Shown piece after piece: positions 46,838 to 51,608 of a DNA stretch of 51,608 nt. The DNA is from Candidatus Prevotella stercoripullorum. GTDB lineage: Bacteria; Bacteroidota; Bacteroidia; Bacteroidales; Bacteroidaceae. The notes under the pieces were generated by a model. That model saw nothing but the letters and a program-made list of their open reading frames with translations, searched no databases and was not told where the DNA came from. Every line of letters begins with the position of its first letter. Position 1 is the stretch's first letter. The position numbers and the translations under genes are program-made. Location of the stretch: assembly GCA_019113725.1 (NCBI GenBank), contig DXGY01000179.1, positions 1 through 51,608 of the forward strand. The letters are read 5' to 3'.

Positions 46838-48109
46838 ATGTTATACTACCTATTCCGGTTCTTAGAACAGTTTGGCATCCCCGGCGCCCACATGTGGGGC
46901 TACATATCGTTCCGCTCGCTGCTGGCGCTAATCCTGGCGCTGGTAATCTCGGCATGGTTCGGCGAGAAGTTCATCAAATACCTCAAAGGCAAGCAAATCA
47001 CCGAGACACAGCGCGACGCCAAGATTGACCCCTTCGGCGTTCAGAAAATCGGAGTGCCGTCGATGGGTGGCGTAATCATCATCGTAGCCATACTCGTGCC
47101 CGTGCTCCTGCTGGGCCGTATGCGCAACATCTACCTCATACTGATGATTGTCACGACGCTCTGGCTCGGCTTCCTCGGCGGCATGGACGACTACATCAAA
47201 ATCTTCCGGCGCAACAAGGAAGGCCTGCCGGGACGCTTCAAAATCGTAGGGCAAATCAGCATCGGCCTCATCGTAGGCCTCATACTGTGGTACAGTCCCG
47301 ACGCGAAAATCAACGAAAACCTTGCCATCGAGAAGCAGGACGGACAGGAAATGGTAGTGAAACACAGGCCCGAGGCGCGCAAGTCGCTCAAGACCACCAT
47401 CCCGTTCGTCAAAGGCCACAACCTCGACTACGCCAACCTTATGGGCTTCTTCGGCAAGTACAAGACGGCCGCCGGATGGGTGCTGTTCGTCATAATGACA
47501 ATATTCGTGGTGACGGCGGTGTCTAACGGCGCCAACCTCAACGACGGAATGGACGGCATGTGCGCCGGCAACTCGGCCATAATAGGCGTCGCGCTGGGCA
47601 TCTTCGCCTACGTGTCGAGCCACATAGAATACGCCGCCTACCTCAACATAATGTACATCCCGGGCTCGCAGGAGCTTGTGGTGTTCATGTGCGCGTTCGT
47701 CGGCGCGCTCATAGGTTTCCTCTGGTACAACGCCTACCCGGCGCAAATTTTCATGGGCGACACCGGCTCGCTCACCATCGGCGGCATAATAGCAGTCTGC
47801 GCAATCATCATCCACAAGGAGCTGATGCTGCCCATACTGTGCGGCATATTCTTCGTAGAGAGCCTGAGCGTAATCATGCAAGTGTGGTACGCCAAGCTCG
47901 GAACGCGCCACGGAGTGAAGCAGCGCATGTTCAAACGCGCACCGCTGCACGACACGTTCCGCACGCAGGAGTCGCAGCTCGACCCCGAAATCAAGTACCT
48001 GTTCAAGAAGCCCAATGGCGCGGTACACGAGTCGAAAATCACCATCCGCTTCTGGATTGTAACCATAATCCTCGCGGCACTTACCATAATAACGTTGAAA
48101 GTCAGATAA
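46838..48109 (+). CDS. mraY: Phospho-N-acetylmuramoyl-pentapeptide transferase
   Basis: K.GVPSMGG, DDYIK, SNGANLNDGMDG, NAYPAQIFMGDTGS and APLH. Confidence 0.97.
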   Translation: MLYYLFRFLEQFGIPGAHMWGYISFRSLLALILALVISAWFGEKFIKYLKGKQITETQRDAKIDPFGVQKIGVPSMGGVIIIVAILVPVLLLGRMRNIYLILMIVTTLWLGFLGGMDDYIKIFRRNKEGLPGRFKIVGQISIGLIVGLILWYSPDAKINENLAIEKQDGQEMVVKHRPEARKSLKTTIPFVKGHNLDYANLMGFFGKYKTAAGWVLFVIMTIFVVTAVSNGANLNDGMDGMCAGNSAIIGVALGIFAYVSSHIEYAAYLNIMYIPGSQELVVFMCAFVGALIGFLWYNAYPAQIFMGDTGSLTIGGIIAVCAIIIHKELMLPILCGIFFVESLSVIMQVWYAKLGTRHGVKQRMFKRAPLHDTFRTQESQLDPEIKYLFKKPNGAVHESKITIRFWIVTIILAALTIITLKVR

Positions 48110-48115
48110 AAAAAG

Positions 48116-48219
48116 AGCCCCCTCCCTGCCTCCCCGAGGGGAGGAGCTTGCCCAAATGAAAAAAGAACAGCAACAAAAGAAACTTTGCCCCTCCCCTCGG
48201 GGAGGCCGGGAGGGGGCTT
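48116..48219. repeat. Family H inverted pair between mraY and murD
   Basis: agccccctccctgcctccccgaggggagg and cctcccctcggggaggccgggagggggct. Confidence 0.85.
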
Positions 48220-48231
48220 AACACAGACAAC

Positions 48232-49563
48232 ATGAAACGCATAGTAATACTCGGAGCAGGAGAAAGCGGCGCAGGAGCCGCCGTATTGGCCAAGAAACAA
48301 GGCTTCGACGTGTTCGTTTCCGACATGTCGGCCATCAAGGACAAGTACAAGAAAATGCTCGACTCGCACGGCATTGCGTGGGAGGAAGGACGCCACACGG
48401 AGGACAAAATACTCAACGCCGACGAAATAATAAAAAGCCCCGGCATACCCTGCGACGCGCCGATGATAAGGAAATGCACGGCGAAGGGCATCCACATAAT
48501 CAGCGAAATAGAGTTCGCCGGACGCTACACGCACTCCAAGATGATTTGCATCACCGGCAGCAACGGCAAGACTACGACCACTTCGCTCATCTACCACATA
48601 TTCAAAAGCGCGGGCTACGACGTCGGACTGGCCGGCAACATAGGCAACTCGCTCGCCCTTCAGGTGGCCGAAGAGCCGCACGAATACTACGTCATAGAGC
48701 TTAGCTCGTTCCAACTTGACAACATGTACGACTTCCGCGCCAACATAGCCATACTGCTCAACATCACGCCCGACCACCTCGACCGCTACGACAACTGTAT
48801 GCAGAACTACGTGGACGCCAAGATGCGCATACTGCAAAACCAGACGGTAGACGACGCCTTCATATATTGGAACGACGACCCGGTTATCCGCCGCGAGCTG
48901 AAAAAGTATGACATAAAGGCCATCCAGTACCCGTTCTCCGAACTGAAAGAGGTCGGCTCCATCGGCTACATCGAGGAAGGGCAGTACAAGATAGAGTGCC
49001 CCACCCCCTTCAACATGGAGCAAGAGGAGCTTAGCCTTACCGGGAAGCACAACATATACAACTCGCTGGCCGCCGGAATAGCCTCTGACGTGGCCGGGAT
49101 AAAGAACGAATACATACGCAAGAGCCTGAGCGACTTCCCCGGCGTGGAGCACCGCCTGGAGAAGGTTACGAAGGTGGCGGGCGTGCAATATGTCAACGAC
49201 TCTAAGGCGACCAACGTCGATGCGTGCTGGTATGCGCTGGAAAGCATGAAGACACCGGTAATCCTCATACTCGGCGGAAAGGACAAGGGTAACGACTACA
49301 ACGCCATAAAAGACCTGGTAAAGGAGAAGTGTGCAGGCCTTGTCTACCTCGGGGCTGACAACACGAAGCTGCATAACTTCTTCGACGGAATGGGCATACC
49401 CGTACGCGACACGCACTCGATGAAGGACTGCGTGCAGGCCTGCTACGAGATGGCGCGCCCCGGCGACACCGTCCTTTTGAGCCCCTGCTGCGCCAGCTTC
49501 GACCTGTTCAAGAACATGGAAGACCGCGGCGAGCAGTTCAAGACGCTGGTAAGGGCGCTGTAA
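48232..49563 (+). CDS. murD: UDP-MurNAc-L-Ala--D-glutamate ligase
   Basis: SPGIP, ITGSNGKTTT, ELSSFQL, PDHLDRY, NDSKATN and SP.CASFD. Confidence 0.98.
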   Translation: MKRIVILGAGESGAGAAVLAKKQGFDVFVSDMSAIKDKYKKMLDSHGIAWEEGRHTEDKILNADEIIKSPGIPCDAPMIRKCTAKGIHIISEIEFAGRYTHSKMICITGSNGKTTTTSLIYHIFKSAGYDVGLAGNIGNSLALQVAEEPHEYYVIELSSFQLDNMYDFRANIAILLNITPDHLDRYDNCMQNYVDAKMRILQNQTVDDAFIYWNDDPVIRRELKKYDIKAIQYPFSELKEVGSIGYIEEGQYKIECPTPFNMEQEELSLTGKHNIYNSLAAGIASDVAGIKNEYIRKSLSDFPGVEHRLEKVTKVAGVQYVNDSKATNVDACWYALESMKTPVILILGGKDKGNDYNAIKDLVKEKCAGLVYLGADNTKLHNFFDGMGIPVRDTHSMKDCVQACYEMARPGDTVLLSPCCASFDLFKNMEDRGEQFKTLVRAL

Positions 49564-49565
49564 GC

Positions 49566-49733
49566 ACCCACCCCAAACCCCTCCCGAAGTGAGGGGCTTT
49601 AATACTTTTTGAGGTTAACAAAGGTGTGCGCAGCAGCTTCCGACGCTTTTCCAATATACAAACCAACTAAAAAAAAGCCTTAACCCACAAGGCACATCAA
49701 AGCCCCTCACTTCGGGAGGGGTTTGGGGTGGGT
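49566..49733. repeat. Family H variant with perfect 35-bp terminal inverted repeats, filling the murD-ftsW spacer
   Basis: acccaccccaaacccctcccgaagtgaggggcttt (49566-49600) and its exact reverse complement (49699-49733). Confidence 0.9.
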
Positions 49734-49741
49734 CACAAATC

Positions 49742-51007
49742 ATGCTCAAAGACAAGATACAAGAAAGCAAGTTCAAGGGCGACGCCGTCATCTGGACGGT
49801 GTTCTTCTTCCTCTGCCTGATAAGCATAGTCGAGGTGTTCAGCGCGTCGAGCAACCTCTCCTTCAAGACCGGCAACTACCTCGGCCCCGTGCTCAAGCAC
49901 TGCGTGCTGCTGGCAGTGGGCGTCGTCGTGATGATATGCACCATGAACATAAAGTGCCGCTACTTCAAGATAGTCACCCCGTTCGCCCTGCTGCTATCGT
50001 TCGCTATGCTCATCATCGTGCTGTGCGTGGGCGAAAGCACCAACGGCTCGCAGCGTTGGATTGACTTCCTCGGCATCCAGTTCCAGCCGTCAGAGCTGGC
50101 CAAGGGCGCCATAATACTGGCCACGGCACAGATACTAAGCGCCATGCAGACCCCCACGGGCACCGACAAGCGCGCCTTCAAGTACATAATGATAGTATGC
50201 GTGGCGATAATACCGCTCATAATGGTTGAGAACCTGTCAACCGCAGTGCTCCTCGCCACGGTGGTGTTCCTCATGATGTTCATAGGCAAAGTGCCCGGAC
50301 AGCAGCTCGGCAAGCTGCTCGGCGCGGTGACGCTCACGCTTGCCCTCGTCGTGACAATGGTAATGGTGTTCGGCCACGACGAGCAAAAAGAACAGTCCGG
50401 AGAAGCCAAACAAGCCATGGTGGAGCAGGCCGCGCCCGAGAAGGAGAACGCCATCGAAAAAGTGTTCCACCGCTTCGACACGTGGAAAGCACGCATAGAC
50501 AACTTCCTCAGCAACGAATACGTGGCGCCGGAAGACGTTGACATCAACGGCCGCGACGCACAGACATCGCACGCCAACATAGCCATCGCCTCCTCAAACG
50601 TCATCGGCAAAGGCCCCGGCAACTCCGTAGAGCGCGACTTCCTCTCACAAGCCTTCTCCGACTTCATCTACGCCATCATCATAGAAGAGCTCGGCATCAT
50701 CGGCGCAGTGTTCGTATGTATGCTCTACGTCATACTCCTCTTCCGCACCGCAACCATCGCCAACCGCTGCGCCAACACCTTCCCCGCCCTGCTCATCATG
50801 GGCTTCGCCCTGCTCCTCGTAGTCCAGGCACTGTTCAACATGGCCGTAGCCGTAGGCCTCGTGCCCGTCACCGGCCAGCCACTGCCGCTCATCAGCAAGG
50901 GCGGAACGTCAACCATCATCAACTGCGCATACATCGGCGTCATACTAAGCGTAAGCTACTCCGCCAAGAAAAAGGACGACATCGAAGCCGAAACGGCAAC
51001 CGCCTGA
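49742..51007 (+). CDS. ftsW: SEDS peptidoglycan polymerase FtsW
   Basis: NGSQRWI, FQPSELAK, GKGPGNS, SDFIYAIIIEELG and TGQPLPLISKGGTS; dcw position. Confidence 0.93.
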   Translation: MLKDKIQESKFKGDAVIWTVFFFLCLISIVEVFSASSNLSFKTGNYLGPVLKHCVLLAVGVVVMICTMNIKCRYFKIVTPFALLLSFAMLIIVLCVGESTNGSQRWIDFLGIQFQPSELAKGAIILATAQILSAMQTPTGTDKRAFKYIMIVCVAIIPLIMVENLSTAVLLATVVFLMMFIGKVPGQQLGKLLGAVTLTLALVVTMVMVFGHDEQKEQSGEAKQAMVEQAAPEKENAIEKVFHRFDTWKARIDNFLSNEYVAPEDVDINGRDAQTSHANIAIASSNVIGKGPGNSVERDFLSQAFSDFIYAIIIEELGIIGAVFVCMLYVILLFRTATIANRCANTFPALLIMGFALLLVVQALFNMAVAVGLVPVTGQPLPLISKGGTSTIINCAYIGVILSVSYSAKKKDDIEAETATA

Positions 51008-51120
51008 CAGCCAACCACTTACATACATCCCTGCGAAAGGCCGTGTTTTGCATTGCAAAACACGGCCTTTCGCGTCCCAATCGACGGCCTTTCACCAGCC
51101 CGTTTGCCGCCTTTCGCAAA
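50997..51120. repeat. Family A composite repeat overlapping the ftsW stop
   Basis: Head CAACCGCCTGACAGCCAACCACTTA, whose TGA is the ftsW stop codon, followed by degenerate 22-bp units. Confidence 0.75.
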
Positions 51121-51302
51121 CAAGCACACACCCAACCGCCTCCCAACACCTCCGCAACCGTCCCGGCACCGCCATCCGCCAAAATCAAAAAGAAAGCAAA
51201 ACACCCTGGAAACCGACAAAACGTCACAACGCCAGACACGCGCCGCAACACCGCAAACACACACAAAACTGTCTCTAAGTTATTTAATTAGAGAGAGTAT
51301 TT

Positions 51303-51608
51303 ATGGAAAAAAGACTAACAATGATTTTGGCCTCGCTGTTCCTGTGCGTGGGGATGGCACTGGCCCAAACAGCAGTCACGGGCACGGTGGTGTCGCAGGA
51401 GGACGGCCAGCCCGTCGTCGGCGCCACGGTGCGTGTCGAAGGGTCAAACGCCGGCACTGTGACTGATGTCGACGGAAAGTTCAGCGTCAGCGCCCCGGCC
51501 GACGCCCACCTCACCGTAACATACATCGGCATGAAGGAAGCCCGCGTGAAGGCCGGCCGCAACCTTCGCATCGTCCTTGAGGGCGACGACAACGCCCTCG
51601 ACGAGCTC
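51303..51608 (+). CDS. SusC/RagA-type TonB-dependent receptor, N-terminal part (3'-truncated; absent from the ORF track)
   Basis: Manual translation: MEKRLTMILASLFLCVGMALAQTAVTGTVVSQEDGQPVVGATVRVEGSNAGTVTDVDGKFSV...TYIGMK...NALDEL. Confidence 0.85.
   Translation, partial: MEKRLTMILASLFLCVGMALAQTAVTGTVVSQEDGQPVVGATVRVEGSNAGTVTDVDGKFSVSAPADAHLTVTYIGMKEARVKAGRNLRIVLEGDDNALDEL

Overview
A GC-rich Bacteroidales window, most likely Prevotella-like. It contains housekeeping genes (ackA, lpxH, a CoA-transferase, rnr, cysS), a complete fructan/levan polysaccharide utilisation locus (HTCS, SusC, SusD, SGBP, two GH32s, MFS permease, fructokinase) extended by a GH36 alpha-galactosidase and an extra secreted protein, a GLPGLI/outer-membrane-barrel locus, a probable glycine-lipid acyltransferase pair, and the first half of the dcw cluster (mraZ to ftsW), which is followed by a SusC gene instead of murG. 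The most unusual protein is a membrane-anchored fusion of a sensor-kinase input module, a His-less H-box remnant and an OmpR-type winged helix, with no kinase or receiver domain. It faces four ATTACT-type direct repeats upstream of the GLPGLI promoter and is a candidate phosphorylation-independent one-component system. Nearly every intergenic space holds repeats: 13 arrays of 22-bp units (12 with a 25-bp palindromic head), GC-rich palindromes that also lie in frame inside proteins, several 8-9-bp repeat hairpin families, and one GTAG-type REP doublet. All calls come from reading the sequence and ORF track by eye; no searches or folding were run, and repeat boundaries are approximate.
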